In this document: positions 27,817-39,577 of the stretch, piece by piece
Position numbering within the stretch: the stretch's first letter is position 1
Layout: each line of letters opens with the position of its first letter
DNA from: Tubulanus polymorphus
Taxonomy: Eukaryota; Animalia; Nemertea
Assembly: GCF_964204645.1 (NCBI RefSeq)
Contig: NC_134029.1
Coordinates: 19,896,950 to 19,960,949, forward strand
DNA: 64,000 bases
Reading direction: 5' to 3'
Notes under the pieces: model-generated
Database searches by the model: none
What the model was told of the DNA's origin: nothing
The model's input: the letters and a program-made list of their open reading frames with translations, nothing else
Translations under genes and position numbers: made by a program

Positions 27817-29126
27817 GTACTTAATGTTGAATCTCGATTTAAAAACAAATCTTTAACGAAGAAGTGGCAGGTAATGACTCACCGGTGGATGATGACAACC
27901 GATTATTTATACTTCATCCTATCTACTTCCAATTTTTATAACATATCCATAATAATCTCAATTACAATAAAATAAATTAACAAGCCTATATAAAATTAAT
28001 TCTAATATCAAGGCAGTTTACGATGGAAGATACTACCAAAATACTTTACATAAATTATATATTACTGTACTGAACTCCTCTTGTAGAGTGAGACTCTGGA
28101 ATTTCTTGGACTTTTTTTGGAATGAATGACGTAACAATATCAGTAAAGATAAGGTTTTTTGAGTTTTATCATCAAAAATATGTCGTCTATCAAAAAGTTT
28201 TTACGTGTCTCCACAAAAAAAAATTCTCGAGGGGCCAGTTTGCTCAAGTTTATTTAGAGTTAACTATTGGATAGTTGTCGTTACAATTACAAGTTCACTG
28301 TTACTATGGTATTTATCCACCAGTAATCTTTAACCAACTTATGAGCAACTGGCCCGTGAACAATATTCAGTAAAAGACACTTATTTTTTCCCATGTTTAC
28401 AATACCACGGTTCTTTGAGAATTGTCAGAATCGGCTAGGCCGCAATTGCAATAAATCCCCAATTGTCACTGTCACAACTGGACTCATGACACCATTTTCA
28501 GCTATTTCCGGTGCGCAACTACACGGTCATAGCCAACTATTCAGCCCATAACAAAGATGAACCACTGGAAAAATACTCCAGCAAACTTGACATTAAATTC
28601 TATGGACTGAAAACTTCAGAATGATATGACCAATTCCTGGTCCCATTAATTAAGCACTTTGAACATGGACTCTTAAAACAAATGCTTTGGAGTCCATGTT
28701 ATAAAGCTGAACTTTATTGCATATTGACTAACATTTTTGACTTTCTTATTCAAAATGTGTACGTGTCCCTCTCCACGCAGAACTATAATTTCATAGAAAT
28801 ATATAATTCACATCTAGGTAAATACGCATCCGACAGAACACATGAGCTTAATCAGTAAAAAAAAAAACCCACTATTTAAACGCAAACGGTATTTTGAATA
28901 AATCCTAAAATTTCAATCTGAATTAAAGGAGGACATTTTACAAATAAAAATACATTTTGGTGGGTTCTTTTATATTATTACAGTGTTTCTGATAATACCA
29001 TGGTTCTTCGGAGACTTATCGAAATCGGCTAGGCCGCAATATCAATAAATCTGTCATGTTGTCATTTTTACAACTGGTGGACTCATTACACCAATTTCAG
29101 CCATTTCCAGTTTAAAATATATATTT

Positions 29127-29309
29127 TTTTTAACACCCTAAGCGCCACGTAGGGCATTATAAGCGGGTTCGATGTTTCTTTTTCCCGATGGGGGAGAGAC
29201 CAGAGAAGAACCTTCGACCAAGAAACTCTGTCGCCACCAGGGTTCAAACCAATAAACCTGGATTGACGAGACCAGTGACCAGTGCCTTAAAACACTCGGC
29301 CACTGTGCC
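29127..29309 (-). mobile_element. tRNA-derived SINE with A-rich tail
   Basis: A box TGGCCGAGTG, B-box-like GGTTTGAACCC, 3' end GGGTGTTAAAAAAAATATA. Interrupts one copy of a local duplication (28400-28560 vs 28995-29370). Confidence 0.6.
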
Positions 29310-30679
29310 TCTCAGCTCTCAGCTATTTCTAGTGCGTAACCATGTGGTCATAGCCAACGTTTACTGGTCTTAACACAAAGTGCAATAAGACCACTTACGT
29401 AAACCTTACGTAAAGACTTATCCTATGGACTCCATAGAACTAGGTTCACTGTTATACAAACAATTTTCAGTTTCATTAATTATATACACTTCGAACTTGC
29501 ACTGCTTCGAAGCTAATAATGTATGAAACATTACTACATAAAAGAAGTTTAGTTCAGTATTAGTAGTAACAGTTCTTAGTTTTCTTTTCTTCTTTTGTCC
29601 AACCGCATCCGTCGAATATTTATCAACAATAATGCTTAATAATGATATGGTTAAGTTATTTACAGCAGATGAGCCTCGCGGATAATAATAAGCGTATTAA
29701 TTTCATATACAAGGCAACATAAGTTTCCTAGATTTGAAGCATTTTGCACGGATTATGAGCGCTTTTTCCGCATACTTCAGTGCATGAATCTTTGTTTTTC
29801 ACACCCCCAATTCAAACACTATATTACATCATTCATTCATGTAAATCCCAGCTTCTAAGAAATTCATCACATTTCAGAGTACCACTGACCTCTATATCAC
29901 AATTCAAAGACTTTCATTATCACAATTCAAAAAGACGAGAGAAATTTATCATTTTCTGCTTCACGGATTCAATATTGGCTTGAACCAATATTTTTCTACT
30001 TGTAGAAGAATACACTCTGAAAAATCAGCAGTAAAATAGTAGTTAAAATCAGCTAAAGCAATCGAGCAATAAAATGGAAAAGAAGAGTCTATTGATCGTA
30101 CATTTAACATAATCGCTGTAACAAAAACCAGCTTTAAATGAGTACATACAAATCTTATTCAAAACACTGATCCCCGTAACTAAGAACGCATTCAAATAAA
30201 ATGAAAATATACAGTGGAAAATCATAATAAAAGACTTTTTGGGGCCAGTTAAACAATCTTGACTTTAAAAAGTTCATTATGAAATCGATTAACATGTTTG
30301 CGATATTGAAATTCCTGATTCACATATTCAATATACATGTACATTCCAGTCACCAAATGAAGTTGCTTTATCACATTACTCTCAGATCAGCAATGATGGT
30401 AAAACTGCGTATCGTGTGGAGAAACAGTCTCGGAAGTGGAGAATTAATGTCGAGAAATATTGAAAGAATTGAACACAAGATGACTTCAAATAACACATAC
30501 TTGCACTTGCATGATCATTAAGACCACATGTACCCGGTAACTGAATGAAATGGTATTGCGAGGTCTTTTATACAGAATATAGAAATATACATAGATTAGA
30601 TAACAACTAGCTAAACAAAAGACCAATTGCATAAAAAGCAATGATATACTATTAAAATAATCTACACAAAAGTTTGTCA

Positions 30680-33600
30680 TCAATTGTTGGTTACTGTACA
30701 GTTGGAATTGATTTGAAGATTTTCACATCGCTCATTAATGTTGATGATGAGCGGTTGGTTCATTCCATCCGAGTGACCTAAAAAATTTTCAAAAAGCACC
30801 AATAAATTGTTATATTGCATATAAGAGACGCTACGTCATAATATCATATATGTACTAATATGTCAAATATACGTGGATGATTTTATTGTGTTATGCGTGG
30901 TATTCAAATATTTTGAAATATATTTACCGGTACCCGCTTCTGCCCCTGCTCTGCCTGCGTCTGACCCTACGGGTGCTTCCTCCATGTCAATCGCTTCATT
31001 AGAAGAGCCAAAGGCACGAGCTGAAATGATGGATTTAAATTCAAAGTCGTAATTATGTAGAATTGAATAGATGATTCAGCTGCTTTATATAGAGTATGGC
31101 ATTCAGAAATTTTGTTGAAATATATTTACCATCTCCCACGAAAGCAGCTTCCCCAGTGTTGACAGCTTCATTGGAAGAGTAGAAGTTGCCAGGAACTGAA
31201 ATGATGCAAAGTGATACTGTTAACGTTATAAATCTAATATATCAGCTAGATCTAAGAGGATTTTCAAGAATCACAATTTATCTAAATACATGTAGTGTGA
31301 AATATTGAAACTAGGCATTCAGCGGAACACTTTGTGTTTCGTGAGGCAGTGATGAAACACGTGGCCAAGATCTCTGCACGTGACAGGCTTTTTTGTCAAC
31401 ACATGTTACTGACATTTAGTGAAATTCACGGGCTATAAACGATTTGTAAAGCCGGATTAATAATCAATACCTAACGGTGAGGAGTTGCCATTTCGTCCCG
31501 ATTCTTGTGTCTGTCCAGGTTGATATGTACCGGTAGATGCACCAGCACCAGCACCAGCACCAGCACCAGCACCAGCACCAGCACCAGCACCAGCACCAGC
31601 ACCAGCACCAGCACCAGCACCAGCACCAGAAGCATTATCACGATCAATTACAAACACCACACTTGAAACAGCCTGCCTCGTCGATGCGACTTCATTGCTG
31701 TCTCCACTAGTGGATGGAATTGTCATGCTTCTGGACGGAGCAGTGTTAATCGTAACGTCGCTGGAAATGTAACTTTCGTCGATAGGATGGAACGTTTCTG
31801 ATGATACTGACCGATCTAAAAAAAAGTGCCGTTTCTCGATGAAAAAGCTGAAAAAAATTTGCACTGCGACGGGGCCAGATCTTACTTCTGCTTTGAATGA
31901 ATATAACGTAATGATATTGATTTACCGGTGTAAGTCTCCGTGAAACTGGTCTCTTCAACACCAGCACCAGCTCCACCAGCAGCAGCATTATCACACTCAC
32001 TTACAGACACCTCACTCGAGACAGCCTGCCTCATTCCGGCTAGACTAGTGGATGGAATTGTCATGTTTCTGGATGGAGCAGTGTTAATCGCAATATCGCT
32101 GGAAATGTAACTTTCGTTGATAACATCAAACCTTTCTGATACTGTCTGATCTGAAAAAAGTGTAGATTCTCAATGAAATAATTGAAAAAAATTCGCTAAA
32201 AATGAGATAAAATTTGAATAGGCGGATTTCTATCTATAACTACATGAATAGCAGAAAACATATACTTACTATGATGGAGATTCTGTTCACCATGTTCGTC
32301 GTCTAAAAACAAAAACATATAGACCCGTGTACAACTATTCATACTCGAGCCCATAATTAACATCTGAAAAACCACCAGCAATAAAATTTACACATCAGCC
32401 CACACAAAATAATTATTCATTTTTATCAGACTGATTTGCCTTAAGTAAAAGTTCTGTCTTTCAGGTGTCCGAAAAAGATTTCCGACAGATGATTGCGCAC
32501 ATTCCTAGCATCAATAAAATCAATTCTGGGTAACAGATCATGTAATCTATGATAGCCTCATGAGAAATAAGCCAATGATTTTGTTCCAGCTATCAGTAAA
32601 AGTTTGCATGTCATATAACCTTCATTTACCTTCTCTGATGGCAGTGGTGCCTGTTGTTCTCTCCTCACAAATGTTCTCGTCATGGCCTCGAACATCTAAA
32701 ACAATAGATACATCGATATCATAATCTAATTTGAACCAATCCACGAGGACCGGCGATTATTTTTGATGTAGTAGGTGACAATTCAAAAGTAAAAACAAGT
32801 AGGTATTTTCAGATTTCAATAGTTTGAAGATTTGAGTTTCAAGTTCGGCCTTCATCTTGTAAGGATTTGATTACCGGTACCAGTAAAATGAGCCCACTGC
32901 ACTGTACTGAATAGACTCTAACATGGACATAAACCTGAAGCGAATAGCCATGGTCTTTGCTTAAGTATTTAGATATTCTGAAGTATAAGACAAACCTGTA
33001 GATAGAGATGCCTGCGACTTGTTCATGTTGGCTGATTTATCAATTTCCGAATGATTTGGATCAGGTGGGGGGCAGTCTTGTAAAAGCTTATCTTGTTCTC
33101 CAGCACAGTCCACACGTACGTATTGGGCAGAATTTTTAACGGAAGCAGCCGGATTTTCTACACCTCCTCCTCCTGAAATGGTTTAATCGAATTATCAAAT
33201 TAAGCATCCGCTAATTTCGGTCATTCTAAAATCACAGATTGCTGTATCGATTATGATTGTACATGTATCTTGTTTTGAACGTGGAAAATCCATGAAGCAG
33301 ATTTTCATAGTTTGATGGATCTTGCAGATCAGGGAATCCAAAATTCAGTTTTGATGTCATTATGATTTTCCCTGACCTTGATAGCCAAAAAAATAAAGTT
33401 TTTTGATTAAATTATAAGATATCTTCAGCGGGGGCCGTTTCTTTTCGAGAGGTTCCTTGAGCTACTCGTCATCAGCAAGAACAGCAAAACACCAAAAATT
33501 CCAATTCTACACTTCTCCCATCCTCCCCTGGCAGGGGTTCGAATGTGTTGGTATCGAGACTCGCCACAGTAAGAAACCCTGCCACGCTAGACCAAGTGCG

Positions 33601-35885
33601 CAGCTTAGATGATGTCATTATCAGCCAATCGGATATCCCATTTTATTTTAGCTCAGGTTTTCCCATTTAAAATTCTTCAGTGAAATTTGGCTCAGCGATT
33701 ACACAACGAGTGATCTGATTGGTGGCGCGATAGCGATGCCATCTGGTTCCTGCCATGGAGGATGCACTTCTGATTTTCAAGAAAACAGTCAGTTTTCTCC
33801 CAGATTTGCCTGGCAGGTTAAAATCAATCTGGAATTTCCGGATCAACCTTACCTGAAAGAACTCTGTTTAAGGAAAAATTGAAAGACTAACCTGTCCGAT
33901 TTCGTTTCTTCACACAAAATATCACTGGGCTGACCGCGAACACGCATACAAATATCACTAGGCTGACCGCGACCACCCAATCAATCCCCACCAAAGGGAT
34001 CTCTAAAATGAGATGTTTCAAATACGCCTCTACCAGAATGAAAAGAATCAACAAAATGAGTATGTGCAGATTTTAGAGACTAAAATTCGAATTTCATTCA
34101 CAAAATGAAATGTTTTCGAAAATAAGTAATATATGATCGTGAACTCACCCTTAGAATTATGCCGATTCGAAGACTTGTTCGTCGGAACTGGCCGATATTC
34201 GGTCATTTTCGTCACCGGTTCAGCAGACGACGTTGTGTCTGGACGAGACGATGGTTTTCGTTCACACTCTCTATTTCTTTTTGCAGTACCTTCTAGACTG
34301 ATGACCTCGAAATCTTCGCAAGCTCGCCAAGGGATGCAGCGATAGCCGCGTCGCTTATAAGTGCCAGACTTGCAAGCTACGCACTTGGCATCACACGTGC
34401 CCTAAAATGCCACGAATAACACAGGTGAATAATCATCTACTACCGGTAGCTGATTTATTGAATATAAGCGGATTTTATGTACAGAATTATCAAAAAGCGT
34501 TTGTCAAAATAAGTCATTCGATTAGGCGTTTGAATGTTATCGGTATTATCCATCCCCCTAGGCCAGCAGGGATTCGAACCTGCATCATCGAGACTCGCCA
34601 CGGTATGAAACCCTCCCGCACTAGCCCGAGTGCGCAGCCTAGAGGCAGTCACTAATAACCCAATCAGATATCCCGTTTCATTTCAGTTTTTTTCCGTTCA
34701 TAGTTTATCTGTGAGATTTGCCTCAGATACAATGGTCAATCTGATTGGTGCCGCCAACAATTCGTGCAGCAGCGCAGCAAACCTTGTGGCAGAGTTTCAT
34801 GCCACGGATGAGTCAAGCGATGCAGGGCCGGGCAGGATAGGTATTATCAAATTTTTAATGTTGTTGCTTTTGACTTGAACAAAATTACCACTACAATTAC
34901 CACAATTGTTTTAAAACAATAGAAAATTAGTATATTCTTTTTGGGAAGATGCCTAGAAATGAATTTTCACCAACGACAACCTCTCGAAAAAATAAACGCC
35001 ATTGACACAACAACAGAAATCATTGACAAAAATTTTCACCAATCGGCAGGCGCACAAAAAGGTAAACGACAACAGAAAATGTTAACAGTAACTCACATCA
35101 AATTTTTCTTCACCTGCTGGACAATCTGGGCAGTCCTCACAGACTGAATTTCTGCAGAATGAATAAGGAGCAATATCCAGACATGTGTCGTTGCTCGAAC
35201 ACGGCTTTCCGCGTGCGTCAGTAGGCCAATCGATACAATGTGTACCTGAAAAGACAAAATTATTTTAGTACAAGCATTATGACCAATGACATTTTTATAG
35301 CATAAGCTTAAGAATTCAGCGAAATGCGCTCATACTGAAGGGGAAATGTTAATTAAATCTCTTCAAACGCCTTTAAACGTGTACGGATAAGGGATAAAAA
35401 CAGTTGAAACATGTGATCATAAGCTGATGTAAATCAGTAATTACATATAGCCAAATAATAAGGCAGAATCTATGGATTACCAATCAAACCCTACCATGCA
35501 AAAATACTATCAATGCAGTTAACTATGTTTATAAGCGAATAACCTCAATTGCGTTGAACTTCTAGGAAGTTCATAGATCAGTCATAAATCTGACGCAATA
35601 CATTTCTAAAAAATACATTTAGAGCACAATCAAAAGGAGTTGACGACATTCAGGATTGTCTAGTGGGGAAAACCAATGTTTATTTATTACATGAATTCGC
35701 GAACGCAGAACACACAGATTGGACTAAAATGACAATTCTCTTTTTCGAGCATGCCACAAATTCTTATTTCAAGCACTGGTTACTGTGGGATTCGAATTAG
35801 AGAAAAAATGTTTAAAAAAATATTTACCCAATGGTCCTATGCTTAAAAACGAAACAGCCGCTAAAACAGCCTTGATCGAATTCAT
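30680..35885 (-). CDS. TNF-receptor-superfamily-like type I membrane protein, no death domain, C-terminal RHIM-like motif (~546 aa, 11 exons)
   Basis: Exons 35828-35885 (signal peptide MNSIKAVLAAVSFLSIGPL), 35097-35245 and 34149-34401 (Cys-rich: CEDCPDCPAGEEKFDGTCDAKCVACKSGTYKRRGYRCIPWRACEDFEVISLEGTAKRNREC, TNFR CRD pattern, then S/T/P stalk), 33892-34002 (TM WVVAVSLVIFVCVFAVSPVIFCV then KKRNR), 32996-33172, 32630-32695, 31926-32150, 31471-31815 (alternative donor 31531), 31130-31195, 30928-31020, 30680-30777. All GT-AG and in frame (1641 nt). Confidence 0.85.
31539..31628 (-). repeat. (GCACCA)15 coding hexanucleotide repeat, encoding (Gly-Ala)15
   Basis: Perfect 90-bp repeat inside exon 31471-31815 of the TNFR-like gene. 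Confidence 0.95.
33520..33820 (-). repeat. Repeat containing a tRNA-like Pol III module (copies ~34550-34836, ~50070-50158, inverted part ~50236-50290)
   Basis: Shared core GGCAGGG(A/G)TTCGAA...ATCGAGACTCGCCAC...CTAGACC..GTGCGCAGC. On the - strand it has A-box-like (TGGTCTAGCGTGG) and B-box (GTTCGAATCC) motifs. Confidence 0.6.
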
Positions 35886-36730
35886 TCTTGTTATAGTATA
35901 ATCAATCTGAAATGGAAGGTAAACAATTTTTTTTCATTTGCTTCAACTGAAAATTATAAAGTGTTAACCCGAGCTTTAACACAGCGAGGTAAAATCGCCA
36001 AGTTGAGAAGATAATGAAATTTTCATTCCTGCAAGATCCAGCTGATAAGCCTACCTATTGACGAATGCGGACAGTACAATAGACACGTTATTTTCTAATA
36101 TAAATAAGCCAACACATTACACACGATAGCACATGCCTTCATAGAAACAGTAATGTTAAATCACGCCAGTTATCGTCTGGCAGCGAGACTAGCATGGAAT
36201 GACAGACGAGACAGGTTCGAATCCCACATGGTACAACAAAGATTTTCTGACAGTTTGTCTGATTCAAGTCCAACTCGTCGCCTTTTGACATTAGAATTCT
36301 CTCTTTCAAACATGGAATTTCGCAGTATGAATAAATGGTTTTCCGATTACTCAATTCTTTATCATAATGGCATCGTTCCAAAAGGCAATTGAAAATCCAC
36401 ACAGATTTTCCATCGTATTTGAATTCTAAAATCAAAATCGGCTGACAAAAAATTTTACTTTCACGATTAATTATCCAATACAAACAGGCTAACATGAAAC
36501 AGAGCATCATTATGCATTTAAGGACAACTGCAGTGCTACACTAAAAATACAAGTAGTGCGCCATATCTATGAAAGAATTCAACACAAGACTTTAACATAT
36601 TAATGTAAGCTCGGTGAAAAATATGTGGGCCTACCTTTCGAAACAAAAACATCGCTCTTGTTCATAAACAGTTCGAATTTCATTGATAAATCCTAACACG
36701 CGTTTCATTGATATTTGCATTTCATTTGCC

Positions 36731-36880
36731 TTATTCCTGAAGATGACTATCAGGATATAGTCGTAACGTTGAATAAGCTACTAGCTTCAGTTACACATTC
36801 GAACTTTGTTTTTCCATTATTATTGTGGGATTCTCTCTAAATCGCTTCAACACGGATATAGTGTTTTATCAATCGTGATT
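36731..36880 (+). mobile_element. Penelope-like pLTR fragment, family 2, hammerhead motif with GAAA changed to GTAA
   Basis: TTATTC-CTGAAGA-T-GACTAT-caggat-ATAGTC-GTAA-CG-TT-GAATAA has perfect stems I and II. The downstream ~100 bp is similar to 49664-49765 and 17670-17785. Confidence 0.6.
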
Positions 36881-38217
36881 TCATTGATAAATCCTAACGA
36901 GACAAAGCACGAGACCATGAATCATTGACTGAGTAAACACGAACTGGTCACGTGCAAAATTGTTTCCATTGATCAAAATCAACTGGGCCACGTGCCAAGT
37001 AAGCCGCGATCACACGAGCATTTTTGGCCCGTGCCAAATTTGGCCTGGAACAACTGTTCAGACAAATGGCCCGAGCCTGTTTGGCCCGACCGAAAACGTC
37101 AGACCAGGCCCGAGCCAAAAGATTGCGTTTGAATTGCAATTGGTATCGGAAATGACCCATTTCGCTTTGCTTGAGCATTGTTTAGTATCAAGTGAATGGT
37201 TTGCGTGTGAACGCGCTCCTTAATTAGGCACGGGCCAAATTTGGCTCGAGTCTGATCCGTGTCTGATACACGCTTCAATCAAAATTATCTCCAGTTATAT
37301 CCTAGCTAGAAATGATTTTTAGATTTTTGTTTTTGATTCCTCTCAATGAGTGATCAGATCTGATTGTGGTGATTATCAAAACTAAATGATCTGTCTCTGC
37401 CAAGCTCGTATTGTCTGACCAGCTGTTTGATTGTGACTTGATAGCCAACTGAACAGTTTATGGAAACTGAACAAAAACTGCGAAGGACAAGAAAGACCGT
37501 GTTAGTGTGACAAGAAATTTTCTAAGACTGAATTGTTTACACCAACTAGCTCTAGTCGCAACTATCGCAAGCCCTGGGACCTCTGTACAATCATCATTGG
37601 CAGTAACAGACGTTTTCAGGATTAGATGATGAAATTTATAAAGGTCCAATGGCCCTGTGGCTGTATATATATTAAATAGATCCTTATTACTATTTTTGAT
37701 TCATTACGATACTCGCAAATTCAATATTTTATCATCCTTAATCATCTTTGAATTAAATCACAATAAGCACGCGGCGCATATCTCCCAGTCTCATTTGTGT
37801 GTATGTACAACAGTATACATGTGATAACTATTCTATAGCTTATGTCACTCTAGTACTAAGGGAATCCCTGCTGAAGAAATCGATCAATCTAATCACTTCA
37901 GCAGGGATTTCCAGTAGTACTAGCGCCTGCGTGTAGACTTGCTCCCACCTCTCAACAGGTGTTGAAAGACAGATTACAGGATCAAACTGACTGTTGATTA
38001 GGAATAGATGACTAACAGAATTCCATTGCCCACCAATGTCTACTGACTATTTAGTCAATTACTTTGTCACCGCTCACAATTCACAATTCTATCAAAGATG
38101 GTCCTATGTCATTAAATAGAGTGACAATAACGCCGAATGAACATTGACCGAACGAACGGGCCACATGCAAATCTTTCCATTGATAAAAAGACATAACTTG
38201 AGACTCGCCAAGACTAA

Positions 38218-39317
38218 CTAGGGGTCCAGGGATACCATGCCCATTTGGAAAGTGGTTTCAAATGCTCAATCTAACAATTTGAATATTCAACGCCCCCTGG
38301 TGACCATACACAAAAACCAATGACCTTGAAACTCACCACATTCATAGAACATGTCAACAGCTACAATTTCGCAATTAGTTGTGATAACAATATATGCCTC
38401 GGTACCAATATATTATGGAAATACTAAGTTATTCTACTATTCAACGCCCCCTGGTGACCATATAGAAAAATTAATGACCTTGAAACTCACCACAATCATA
38501 GAACTTGTCATGAGCTACAACTTTGTAATTGATTGTGGTAACAAAATATGCATAGGTACAAATATAATATGGAAATACTAAGTTATTGTATTATTCAACA
38601 CCCTCTGGTGGCCATATACAAAAACCAATGACCTTGAAACTCACCACAATCATTGACCATGTCATGAGCTACAACTTTGCAATTGATTGTGGTAACAAAA
38701 TATGTTTAGGTTTCAATATTATGTGGAGAAACTTTTTCCCACCTACGAATGAGTACTGATGACACCAAGATGGCCGCCAATTGCGTGATCATAGGCTGAT
38801 CAAAAATACCTGTCTCAAGTATTGAAGATCCCGTTCCATAGAATAGCCAACACAAATTTCAATGAAAAATGACAAACCAGTAGGAAACTACAGGACTCGG
38901 AATTCAGGCCAAAATTGACATTTTTTGGCACAAAAAAGGTCACAGGATGGCCATCTTGAGTCCGATCGACCCAAATTTTCTTATGCTGATGGGCCCTTGG
39001 GGGATACAATTACCCACGAAAGATCAAGGTAATTGATCAAAGCGTCTTCAAAAGTTCCCTCGAAAACTTGAAATATGTGTAAAAAGTGCTGATTTTGGCC
39101 AACAACAATGGCTGCCAGTCGACCATCTTGAATCTGACAGGGCCAGTTTTTGGGCTGAAAAATGGTCTACAATAGATACATGTGTAACCCAAATATCAAG
39201 ACATTACCTTGAAGCGTCTCCATAACTTCCTAAAATAACTGGATTCCGTCTACAGACGAATGGACGGACGGAATGAACCCAATAGCCCGCTGGGACTAAA
39301 GTCCCAAGTGGGCTTAA
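38218..39317 (-). mobile_element. Helentron/HINE-like element, copy 2 (longer, three internal repeats)
   Basis: Same termini and microsatellite as 10959-11590. Internal repeat units start at ~38288, 38443 and 38597. Confidence 0.75.
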
Positions 39318-39577
39318 AATAAGCAGGGGATTCACAATCGTTGATGGGTTGGTTAAAATGTGTGCGGCAAACAAAATGGTGCAGTCACATAAAAAAAGAC
39401 GCTTCAATCAGATGAGAGGGCTGGAGTCAAAATTATCTCCTGTTTTATCCTAGTTAAAAATGATGATAATATTAGGCAAGAAAATGTTTGATTTTTAGAT
39501 CCCAAATCATATGGAATCATCTAGATGTGTGACCTGATTGTGGTGAGTATCCTAACTAAATGACCCCTCTATGCCTA

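Noticed and set aside
36946-37270. GC-rich ORFs with repeated GGCCCGTGCCAAA motifs
   Set aside because: Internal repeats typical of a non-autonomous DNA element; termini could not be fixed and there is no protein signal.
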